Position numbers and translations under genes: made by a program. The notes beneath the pieces are model-generated. The model was not told the origin of the DNA. It saw nothing but the letters and a program-made list of their open reading frames with translations, and made no database searches. Source: a virus (taxonomy: Duplodnaviria > Caudoviricetes). Taken from it: 41,186 nucleotides of DNA. The DNA is taken from positions 1 through 41,186 of IMG/VR virus record IMGVR_UViG_3300010361_000020. The stretch is one strand, 5' to 3'. Shown here in pieces: positions 26,767 through 33,453 of this stretch. The number at the start of each line of letters is the position of its first letter. Within the stretch, counting starts at the first letter, position 1.

Positions 26767-27322
26767 GGCCGACCTCCCGCTGCTTCTGGTCCAGGCCGAG
26801 CTCGGGGTCCTCCAGCACCTTGCGGATCACGTCCGCGATGATCGCGCCCTGGCTCTCGGCGAGCCGCACCCGGCGCTCCTCGATGCCCACCTTGAGCGCG
26901 GTGGCGCAGACGTCCACAAGGTGCTTGCGCTCCTCGCGGTAGAGCAGGACCCACACGTTCGGCGCGGCCTTCCGGGTCGTGTCCGTGCCCTCGAACTCGG
27001 TCGCGTGCTTCTCGGCGACCTCGGCGACGCCCCAGACCAGCTCCTCGGGCGACAGGGCACGCACCTGCTGCTCGAGCCAGGCCACGTGGCCGGCGGTGCG
27101 GCAGACCTCTTCTAGCAGCGCGTCCGCCGGGTCGACGTCGCGCGGCAGGCCGTACGTCACCACCGCGGCGCGGGCCTCCTGGTCGGCCAGCCTGCGATCG
27201 GCCGCTGCGCGGACCTGGGGCGCGTTGCCGCCATGCTTCCAGCACACCGTGCCGCCCTTGATCGGCCGGTTGCGGCACGGTGAACCATCGGTCCGGCGGC
27301 CCGAGCAGAGTGCACCGGTCAC
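26723..27322 (-). CDS. terS: Terminase small subunit (HGG-motif type)
   Basis: CSGRRTDGSPCRNRPIKGGTVCWKHGG N-terminus; directly upstream of TerL. Confidence 0.78.
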   Translation of the reverse strand: MTGALCSGRRTDGSPCRNRPIKGGTVCWKHGGNAPQVRAAADRRLADQEARAAVVTYGLPRDVDPADALLEEVCRTAGHVAWLEQQVRALSPEELVWGVAEVAEKHATEFEGTDTTRKAAPNVWVLLYREERKHLVDVCATALKVGIEERRVRLAESQGAIIADVIRKVLEDPELGLDQKQREVGRGVASRHLRVVSAA

Positions 27323-27480
27323 CGCGCCACGCCGTGTCGGTCGAGCCGGGCATGGAGCCGCCGCGTGTGCCAGCGGACCACGAGGTGGTTGCCCAGCAGC
27401 GTCACCGGCACCCACAGCACCGACGCCGCCAGGTTGCCCCACACGGCGGGCCAGAACACGGTGACGAGCCAGGCGATCAC
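27319..27480 (-). CDS. Small membrane protein, 53 aa
   Basis: MIAWLVTVFWPAVWGNLAASVLWVPVTLLGNHLVVRWH...; GTGA overlaps at both ends. Confidence 0.6.
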   Translation of the reverse strand: MIAWLVTVFWPAVWGNLAASVLWVPVTLLGNHLVVRWHTRRLHARLDRHGVAR

Positions 27481-27593
27481 GTGTCGTAGCAGCCGTCGAT
27501 GGTGCCGCTGGAGTCTGGGATCGAGGCGTAGGCGATCCCGGCGCCCAGGAACATCGCCGCAGCTAGTGCGAGGGTCGTCGCCAGTCGCCTCAT
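27477..27593 (-). pseudogene. Signal peptide plus stub of a secreted protein, 38 aa
   Basis: MRRLATTLALAAAMFLGAGIAYA-SIPDSSGTIDGCYDT, then stop. Confidence 0.45.
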
Positions 27594-27967
27594 GCTCGCG
27601 CCCCTTCCCCCGCGAGCTCCTGGCCCAGCCTCGGCACCAAGATCTTCCCGCCCGACGAGTCGGCCCGCTGCCGGGCCTCCGACAGAAGCGCGTTCAGCAC
27701 CTCCCCGGCCCGCTGCGGGTTCCCGATGCGCTGGTGCAGGCGTTCGCCGATCCTGACCGCCAGCCGGCCGATCTGCCGCTCGAGCTGCACGTGCGGCGCT
27801 CCGGCCCGGCGGTACCGGGTCCGCTTCGCCCACAGCCGCTCGTACTGCCTCACGAGCTGGCCGACCGCGGTCCGGGCAACGCACAGCGTGCAGCGCACCT
27901 CGCGGTCGACCTCGGCCGAGTTAACCTCCTGGCCGCAGCCTCGGCATACGACGCGGATGGCGGTCAT
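27590..27967 (-). CDS. Zn-finger protein, 125 aa
   Basis: CRGC...CTLC; GGAGG upstream. Confidence 0.7.
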   Translation of the reverse strand: MTAIRVVCRGCGQEVNSAEVDREVRCTLCVARTAVGQLVRQYERLWAKRTRYRRAGAPHVQLERQIGRLAVRIGERLHQRIGNPQRAGEVLNALLSEARQRADSSGGKILVPRLGQELAGEGARA

Positions 27968-28143
27968 GTTGCTGCCCGCTTCCTCCGAGACATCCCTACA
28001 CTTCCGCTGTCAGTTTTGGCGTATCGTCTGCTGTCAGTGTCAAGTTCGGGATTCCGGACCGCCGGTAGCGGATCGCTCACCGTTGGACCGGTTTGGACCA
28101 CTTGACTGTCACTCATGTGCTGTAGCTACACTCGGGTGGAGAG

Positions 28144-28244
28144 CGCGGCCCGGTGCCCCTGGGTTTCCCTTCGGGCCTCCGGCTGACGGCTGGTACCCGG
28201 ACGCGCCGGGCCGCCTGCGGGGAGGTAGCAGCGACCGGGCCGCG
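28144..28244. ncRNA. Candidate structured RNA / late leader
   Basis: 11-bp perfect closing stem (28144-28154/28234-28244) enclosing nested helices, inside a 349-nt intergenic gap. Confidence 0.4.
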
Positions 28245-28299
28245 GAGCTGCGCGCATAGATCGGACCACTGCGCGGCGATGGACAAACCGCCCGGCGCG

Positions 28300-28308
28300 A
28301 TCGTAGCA
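28300..28308 (-). promoter_or_regulatory. Extended -10 element TGCTACGAT (candidate late promoter)
   Basis: The same 9-mer recurs at 30941-30949 (+) and 35992-36000 (+). Confidence 0.5.
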
Positions 28309-28316
28309 CGGACAAG

Positions 28317-29165
28317 TCACGGCGTCTCGCGGGGGTCGTGGTCGACGTCGTCCAGCCACGGCTCCGCGTCCTCGGCCACCGGCTCCAGCTCCTCCCAGCG
28401 AGCCGGCCAGGCGTGCAGCCGGCGGGTCCGCTCGATGTCCAGCGCCGCCGCCGCCGCCGGGTCCACGGCGCGCCGCTCGCGCTCAGCTCGCTCCTCCTCG
28501 GCGTCGAGCGCGACGAGGTACGCCTCCTCGGACTCGACCGGCAGCGCGAACACGTTGGTCCGCAGCTTCACCCGGGCCCGCCAGAGGTACTTGCTCACCG
28601 TCGCCAGCGGCAGCGCGCCCTCGCGGCCGAAGCGCTTGGTGCGCGCCGGCGCCATCGCCAGTGCGATCGCCGCCCGGCTCAGCCCGTGCAGGTGCAGCCA
28701 CAGGGCCTCGCGCTCGCTCGGCGTCAGCATCGCCAGGCCGGGCTTCCAGTGCTCGTCCTCGGAGCCGCCGATCAGCGCCCGGATCGGGTCCGGCCGGCCG
28801 AACAGCGCCCGCACCTCGTCGGTCATCGCGTAGACCGGCTGGCCGTCGCGGCGCCGATCGGCCGCGGTGAGCAGACCCTGCTCGCGGGCCTCGAGCCGGC
28901 GCAGGGCCGAGGCGTACAGAGCCTCCATGGTGGCCGGGTCGCCGGAGTGGGCCTCGACGATGTCCACGAATGCCAGTAGCAGGGCGAGCTCGGGTTCTAC
29001 CTGCCAGGGCCAGGCCGGCTCCCACGTGGCAAAGGCGTCGCCGCGTGGGTGGCGGGGGTTGCGGCGCGAGCGCGGCCGGGCCGAGGTGCGGTCGACGCTG
29101 TACAGGATCACCAGCTTCCCCTCGGGAATGGGCTCGACGACCGTGACCCGGGCTGTGGCGATCAT
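28317..29165 (-). CDS. Sigma-70 region-4-like HTH protein; candidate late-gene activator
   Basis: LTPSEREALWLHLHGLSRAAIALAM...LATVSKYLWRARVKLR; last early gene before the gap. Confidence 0.65.
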   Translation of the reverse strand: MIATARVTVVEPIPEGKLVILYSVDRTSARPRSRRNPRHPRGDAFATWEPAWPWQVEPELALLLAFVDIVEAHSGDPATMEALYASALRRLEAREQGLLTAADRRRDGQPVYAMTDEVRALFGRPDPIRALIGGSEDEHWKPGLAMLTPSEREALWLHLHGLSRAAIALAMAPARTKRFGREGALPLATVSKYLWRARVKLRTNVFALPVESEEAYLVALDAEEERAERERRAVDPAAAAALDIERTRRLHAWPARWEELEPVAEDAEPWLDDVDHDPRETP

Positions 29166-29482
29166 GGCAGTGGCTGGACTCCGAAGCCCAGGCGCTCGCG
29201 GCGCACCGTGCAGCGACGAACCCGCTCATCAGCGAGGGCCCGGGCACGCGCCGTGTCGGCGGGCGTCAGCTGCTCGAACACGAACCCCTCGGGGTCGTCG
29301 CGGCCGTCGTGAATGTAGGCCAGCCGGGCCGGCACCCCTTCCTCGGACTCGACGGCGAGCGCCAGGCCGAGCGGGTGGAAGAACTGCCGGTTGACCTCCT
29401 GCAGCAGGCCGCTCTCCACGAACTCGCGCATGGACAAGTGCCGAGGCTGGGCGACGGGCGGGACCGGGTTGCCCTCGATCAC
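29162..29482 (-). CDS. Conserved-looking phage hypothetical protein
   Basis: EFVESGLLQEVNRQFFHPLGLAL...DGRDDPEG. Confidence 0.75.
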   Translation of the reverse strand: MIEGNPVPPVAQPRHLSMREFVESGLLQEVNRQFFHPLGLALAVESEEGVPARLAYIHDGRDDPEGFVFEQLTPADTARARALADERVRRCTVRRERLGFGVQPLP

Positions 29483-29534
29483 TGCCGCACAGTATGCGCC
29501 AGCCGGGCTGAGGTGGGATCAGCGAGGCTGAGAG

Positions 29535-30065
29535 TCACGACGCTTCCCGGTCGGCGTTCGGCAGCAGGTAGCCCTGGAGCCGCAGCAGCTCCTCGTGGGC
29601 GGTGACGGTGGTCCGGCAGGCCCCGCGTCGCAGGCGCTGCTCGTAGCGCATCTCCAGCTCGGCGATCAGGCCTGCCACGACGTCGGGCGGTGGGCCGAAC
29701 ACAGCCTCGGGCGGCTTCGGCGTGGACCTGCTGCACCCGCCGCGCGGGTAGCCGTTGACATCGCGCCAGGCGTTGTGCGCCGCCTCGTTCAGCTCCTCGA
29801 GCTCGGTCAGCGCGCGGTCGGATCGGCGGAGGTCCAGGGCCAGCGGCAGCGTGGGGTGCAGCCGGCGGACGGCCGGGCGGATCGAGTGCTGGCCGCGCCA
29901 GACCCGATCGCCCAGGCATGTCCGGCAGTCCACGGGCTCATCGGTCGGCCATCCGCGGTCGATGAGTACGCCGCAGCGTGCGGTCATGAGCATGCCGGGG
30001 ATCACCTCGTGGACCCGGCCGCGCTTACCGGTGCGGAAGCGCGCAGGGGACGGCTCAGCCGTCAT
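29535..30065 (-). CDS. Hypothetical protein with His/Cys motif, 176 aa
   Basis: GRVHE...TARCG...VDCRTC; overlaps the rep stop. Confidence 0.6.
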   Translation of the reverse strand: MTAEPSPARFRTGKRGRVHEVIPGMLMTARCGVLIDRGWPTDEPVDCRTCLGDRVWRGQHSIRPAVRRLHPTLPLALDLRRSDRALTELEELNEAAHNAWRDVNGYPRGGCSRSTPKPPEAVFGPPPDVVAGLIAELEMRYEQRLRRGACRTTVTAHEELLRLQGYLLPNADREAS

Positions 30066-30921
30066 CGTCGTCGGGATCCCGGCTAGCGGGGCGGGCGAGC
30101 GGCACCGCGGCCAGCGCGTCGGCCGGCCGACTGAACGTCCCGTTCGTCGACCGACGCCGGGTGATGTGGCCGGCGTCGACCGCCGCCGCTTGGAGGTCGG
30201 CCAGCTTGCCGGCGAGGTAGGTCGCTCGCGGCATCGGCTTGCCTCGGCCGACGTGCTTCTCGGCGACGTCGTCGAGCGCGGCCAGGACGGTCTCCCGGCT
30301 GAGCCGGTCGCACTCGTACGGGATGCGGCGCAGGAAGGCGATGTCGTCCGGCGACGGCGCCCTGGCCGCGTGCTGCATCCACCGGGCGGCATAGGCCGAG
30401 ACGTCCGGGTCCTCCGTCCGGTTCGGCAGAACCTCAGCAGCTCGCCCGGCCGGGCCGCTGCCGATAGGGGGGGCTACTGGGGGGGTGATCCCTTCCTCTC
30501 CGATCCGATCCGATCCGATCCGCGGGCGCGCGCGAGGGCGCGACGCGTCGCGAGATGTCGGGAACGCGTCGCGATCATTCGCGACGATTCGCGACGGAGG
30601 GGCCGGCAGCGAACTCGGCTTGGGCTTGTCGACGCGCTGGTGGCTACCCCAGTTGGTGATCTGGATATACGGCTTTTGCGCCACCGTGTACTGCGTGAGC
30701 ATTCCGTGTGCTTCGGCGCGCGCTAGCTGTGCTCTCAAAGTGCTCACGCGTGCTTCCCGTAGGCACGTCGCACGCAGGTGAGCGGCGTCGCACTCCAGCC
30801 GGCCCTCGTCGTCCGCGAGGCTGATGAGCGCGATGAATGCGAGCTGCCCGATGGGCGAGAGAGCGATGAAATCGCGGCTGTTCCAGATCTCCGGCTTGAT
30901 CGACCGGATGCGCGGGGCCAT
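30055..30921 (-). CDS. Phage replication initiator (N-terminal winged HTH, DnaD-like C-terminus)
   Basis: MAPRIRSIKPEIW...ISLADDEGR...YIQITNWGSHQRVDKPKPS.LP is a typical replisome-organiser N-terminus. Confidence 0.85.
   Translation of the reverse strand: MAPRIRSIKPEIWNSRDFIALSPIGQLAFIALISLADDEGRLECDAAHLRATCLREARVSTLRAQLARAEAHGMLTQYTVAQKPYIQITNWGSHQRVDKPKPSSLPAPPSRIVANDRDAFPTSRDASRPRARPRIGSDRIGEEGITPPVAPPIGSGPAGRAAEVLPNRTEDPDVSAYAARWMQHAARAPSPDDIAFLRRIPYECDRLSRETVLAALDDVAEKHVGRGKPMPRATYLAGKLADLQAAAVDAGHITRRRSTNGTFSRPADALAAVPLARPASRDPDDDDG
30499..30594. repeat. Candidate replication-origin iterons inside rep
   Basis: (CCGAT)x4, followed by TCG(C/G)GA at 30548, 30558, 30569, 30579 and 30589 (10-11 bp phasing). 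Confidence 0.5.
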
Positions 30922-30923
30922 GG

Positions 30924-30971
30924 CTACGGCCGGTCCGGACTGCTACGATGGTTCCTGCGAGTGCCGGTCAC
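30924..30971 (-). CDS. Putative 15-aa leader peptide upstream of rep
   Basis: GGAG 7 nt before GTG; TAG 2 nt before the rep ATG, which has no SD of its own. Confidence 0.5.
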   Translation of the reverse strand: MTGTRRNHRSSPDRP

Positions 30972-31021
30972 TTCGGTTCTCCAGTCAGCCGACGGGCCTG
31001 CACCCGTCGGCTTCGTTCGTT
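30941..31021 (+). ncRNA. Putative ~65-nt antisense RNA with its own promoter and terminator
   Basis: TGCTACGAT at 30941-30949; 10-bp perfect stem 30987-30996/31003-31012 followed by TCGTTCGTT. Confidence 0.6.
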
Positions 31022-31080
31022 GTGGGGCACCTGCACGCCCGCATCACCGCATGGTATCAGCCTGACTGAGCTTCCGATAG

Positions 31081-31176
31081 TCAGGCTGAGGTCGCCCCGG
31101 CCGAGCTCGTGTTGTAGGGGCACCAGGGCTCGTGGCCGCCGCGCTTGTGGCAGATCGGACACATGGGCTCAGTCAT
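31081..31176 (-). CDS. Cys/His microprotein, 31 aa
   Basis: MTEPMCPICHKRGGHEPWCPY...; overlaps the upstream stop; followed by an 11-bp hairpin at 31057-31089. Confidence 0.5.
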   Translation of the reverse strand: MTEPMCPICHKRGGHEPWCPYNTSSAGATSA

Positions 31177-31774
31177 CCTTCCGCCTCTCCTCCTGTCCCT
31201 CTTCGGGCGGGACAGAGGCAGCCGTCCCGGTCCACATGTCGGCGCGGCCGTCACGGTGCTCGAACGCCCACGCGCGGCAGTAGTCCTGAACGCGGCGATG
31301 CCACGACCAGTCGCTCTCCGCGTCGTCGTGGCTCCAGCCCTTCGACGCGACTCGGGCCTTGGTCCGGCCGCGCAGGCCCTGCCGGTACTCGTTGATCTCG
31401 CCCGTGAGCCGCACCATCGGGACGTAAAGCCACGACGGCGTCAGGGCGATGGCCAGCTTGTCAGCGACACACAGCCGCGAGAACGGCCGGTCCAACGCCT
31501 TCGCGTAGAAGCGCGAGTGCAGCAGGCAGAAGTCGTGCCAACCGCGCCCGAACAGACGGCCCATGACACGAGCGGCCCACTCCGGATGCCGCTCGCCCTC
31601 GGCGCCGTCCATGTTCGGCTTGCCGAGGTACCCGAGGTCGTGGATGGCGAATGCGACCCACAGACGCGGGTCACACGGGAAGCCGTAGAGCCGCCACCAC
31701 GCCGCAGCGACGAACCACGGGTGCAGCGCGAACTGGTGAGCGCCGAACAGGACGCTTCGGGTCCCGATGTTCAC
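31169..31774 (-). CDS. HD-motif phage hypothetical protein
   Basis: GTRSVLFGAHQF..HP, IHDLGY, RHPE, LHSR, ADKL give an HD-domain-like residue pattern. Confidence 0.7.
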   Translation of the reverse strand: MNIGTRSVLFGAHQFALHPWFVAAAWWRLYGFPCDPRLWVAFAIHDLGYLGKPNMDGAEGERHPEWAARVMGRLFGRGWHDFCLLHSRFYAKALDRPFSRLCVADKLAIALTPSWLYVPMVRLTGEINEYRQGLRGRTKARVASKGWSHDDAESDWSWHRRVQDYCRAWAFEHRDGRADMWTGTAASVPPEEGQEERRKDD

Positions 31775-31835
31775 TCGCCCTTGCCCCCCGGGGCCGACGC
31801 AGCGAGTTCGCCCTCGTACACCGACCCGCGAGGAT

Positions 31836-31919
31836 TGGTCCGCGGGCCGGGACTCGAACCCGGACGCTGTGAGCCGGCCGGTTTAACGGGCCTGCGGCTG
31901 CCAGTTTCGCCACCCGCGG
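31836..31919 (-). tRNA. tRNA-Leu, anticodon UAA (bldA-type), CCA encoded
   Basis: Acceptor CCGCGGG/CCCGCGG-A-CCA; D arm GCG-AAACTGGCAGC-CGC; anticodon arm GGCCC-GTTAAAC-CGGCC; long variable arm GCT-CAC-AGC; T arm CCGGG-TTCGAGT-CCCGG. Confidence 0.85.
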
Positions 31920-31927
31920 TCGTCACG

Positions 31928-33043
31928 TCAGCTCGCCTCCTCGCGCCGCTTCCGGCGCCGCTCCGGTTCTGCCTTGCGCGTCTTGAACTCGCCCGGCTTC
32001 GTGCGGTACTGCGCCAGCCCCAGCTCAACGAGCCGATCGCGCAGGCCGCGGTTGGTGGGTGCCGCCGCCCGGACGTACGCCCACGGGTCCATACCGCTCA
32101 GGTGGCCGAACAGCGCCATCTGCGCCGCGCCGACGAGCAGCTCGAACGAGGGATCTCGGGTCTCGAGGTAGCCGATCTCCTCGCCGTTCACGACCCGCCA
32201 GGGCTTGTCGCCGTAGTACAGTTCCAGCGCCTGCCAGCGGGCCTTGGCAGCCTCGTCGAGCCGGTGCCACTCCGCGAGCAGGACGTCGGCCCCCGCGTCG
32301 TCCGTCGGCTCCAGGAACACGGGCACGATCGCCTCGGCGCACCGGTACCGCAGCGCGCAGCCCTCGCATGCCGGGCCGCCGACCGCGGGCGCGTTGGGGG
32401 CGGCCAGCCGCCGGCGCAGCGCGTCCAGCGTGGTCGCCCACCAGGCGTCGAGTTCGCCGCGCTCGAACGTCACCCGCTCGAAGGGCCCGGACCGCGACCG
32501 GATCAGGTCGATCTCGAAGTCGATGCGCCCGACGCTGGGCCAGTGGAGTAGGGCCTGCTGGGCGTACCAGCGGATCTGGAACTCGTGCTCCATCTCGCCC
32601 TGCTCGGTCTTGTAGTCGCGGATCAGGAGCCAGGTCGGGTCCTCGTCGGGATCGGCCGGGGCCAGGCGGTCGATGCGGTCCGGCGTGCAGTTGAGCAGCG
32701 CGAACCCGGCGTCATGCACCAGCGTCTCCTCGATCGCGACCACGTCGGCCAGGTCGCCGAGGTGCGCATCCGCGAACCGCTGGCACAGCGCCGCGAACTC
32801 GTCGAAGCGCGACTGCTTCAGCCCGAGCGTCATGGCCCAGGCGGCGGCCGCGAGGGTGGATACGGCGGTCAGGTCCGAGTCGCGTCCGACCGCCTGGAGG
32901 TGCCGCCAGTACGTGGCGATGAAGGTGTGCACGGCCTGCCCGAAGGCCAGAGCCTCGCCGCCCTCGCGGCGGAACTGGGGGCAGACCAGCAGACCCTCGG
33001 CGAGGCTGCGGCGGACCTCGGGCTTGGAAGGGAGGACGTTCAC
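31928..33043 (-). CDS. PD-(D/E)XK RecB/AddB/Cas4-like exonuclease with Fe-S staple
   Basis: TPDRID, RDYKT, QIRWYA; N-terminal CP and C-terminal CEGCALRYRC. Confidence 0.85.
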   Translation of the reverse strand: MNVLPSKPEVRRSLAEGLLVCPQFRREGGEALAFGQAVHTFIATYWRHLQAVGRDSDLTAVSTLAAAAWAMTLGLKQSRFDEFAALCQRFADAHLGDLADVVAIEETLVHDAGFALLNCTPDRIDRLAPADPDEDPTWLLIRDYKTEQGEMEHEFQIRWYAQQALLHWPSVGRIDFEIDLIRSRSGPFERVTFERGELDAWWATTLDALRRRLAAPNAPAVGGPACEGCALRYRCAEAIVPVFLEPTDDAGADVLLAEWHRLDEAAKARWQALELYYGDKPWRVVNGEEIGYLETRDPSFELLVGAAQMALFGHLSGMDPWAYVRAAAPTNRGLRDRLVELGLAQYRTKPGEFKTRKAEPERRRKRREEAS

Positions 33044-33453
33044 GGCTCGGACTCCCCACAGCCCTCCAGTTCGCGGTGGAGATCCCGGTTGATCCGATCG
33101 TAGTCAGCGGTCACCTGCGTCAGCCGCTCGATCTCGCGCAGTAGGAACTCGATGTCGGCCGGGGCGTGCTCAATGAGCTTCGCATCCGGGTGATCGAAGC
33201 CGTCGATGAACCAGGCGTTGTGCGGCTGGGGCCGGACGGCGAACGTCATCGCGGGCTCGATGAGCCCGGCCGGAACGGACTGGAAGTAGGGCATCGCGCT
33301 CTGCAAGCCCCAGCGCCGGAACGACATGACGTAGATGCCGCCGCGGTCCACCGTCTGCAGGTCGATCTGCTTCGCGGCCGTGTTGCCACGCCAGCGCCAC
33401 GGCCCCGGCGTCGCCGCCGCCAGCCGCGCCTTGATCTCGTCGATGCGGCTCAC
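33040..33453 (-). CDS. Ead/Ea22-like hypothetical protein
   Basis: IKARLAAATPGPW...DAKLIEHAPADIEFLLREIERL. Confidence 0.7.
   Translation of the reverse strand: MSRIDEIKARLAAATPGPWRWRGNTAAKQIDLQTVDRGGIYVMSFRRWGLQSAMPYFQSVPAGLIEPAMTFAVRPQPHNAWFIDGFDHPDAKLIEHAPADIEFLLREIERLTQVTADYDRINRDLHRELEGCGESEP

Noticed and set aside
28035-28272. HDV-like ribozyme, SRP RNA or Y RNA in the intergenic gap
   Set aside because: Partial motifs exist (CCTCCCCGC, AGCAG, TGGTCCGA...TTGAC), but I could not build the required pseudoknot or helices, and no Ro60 gene is present.
31836-31919. Ochre-suppressor reading (anticodon UUA) or genetic-code reassignment
   Set aside because: The 7-nt loop register places U33 before UAA, the D arm, variable arm and A73 fit Leu, and TAA acts as a normal stop (for example in the capsid gene).
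31771-32028. 85-aa ORF spanning the tRNA
   Set aside because: It overlaps the tRNA and the nuclease 3' end and shows no protein-like features.
31928-33043. Cas4 as evidence of a CRISPR system
   Set aside because: A solo PD-(D/E)XK nuclease beside a recombination gene is ordinary for phages.
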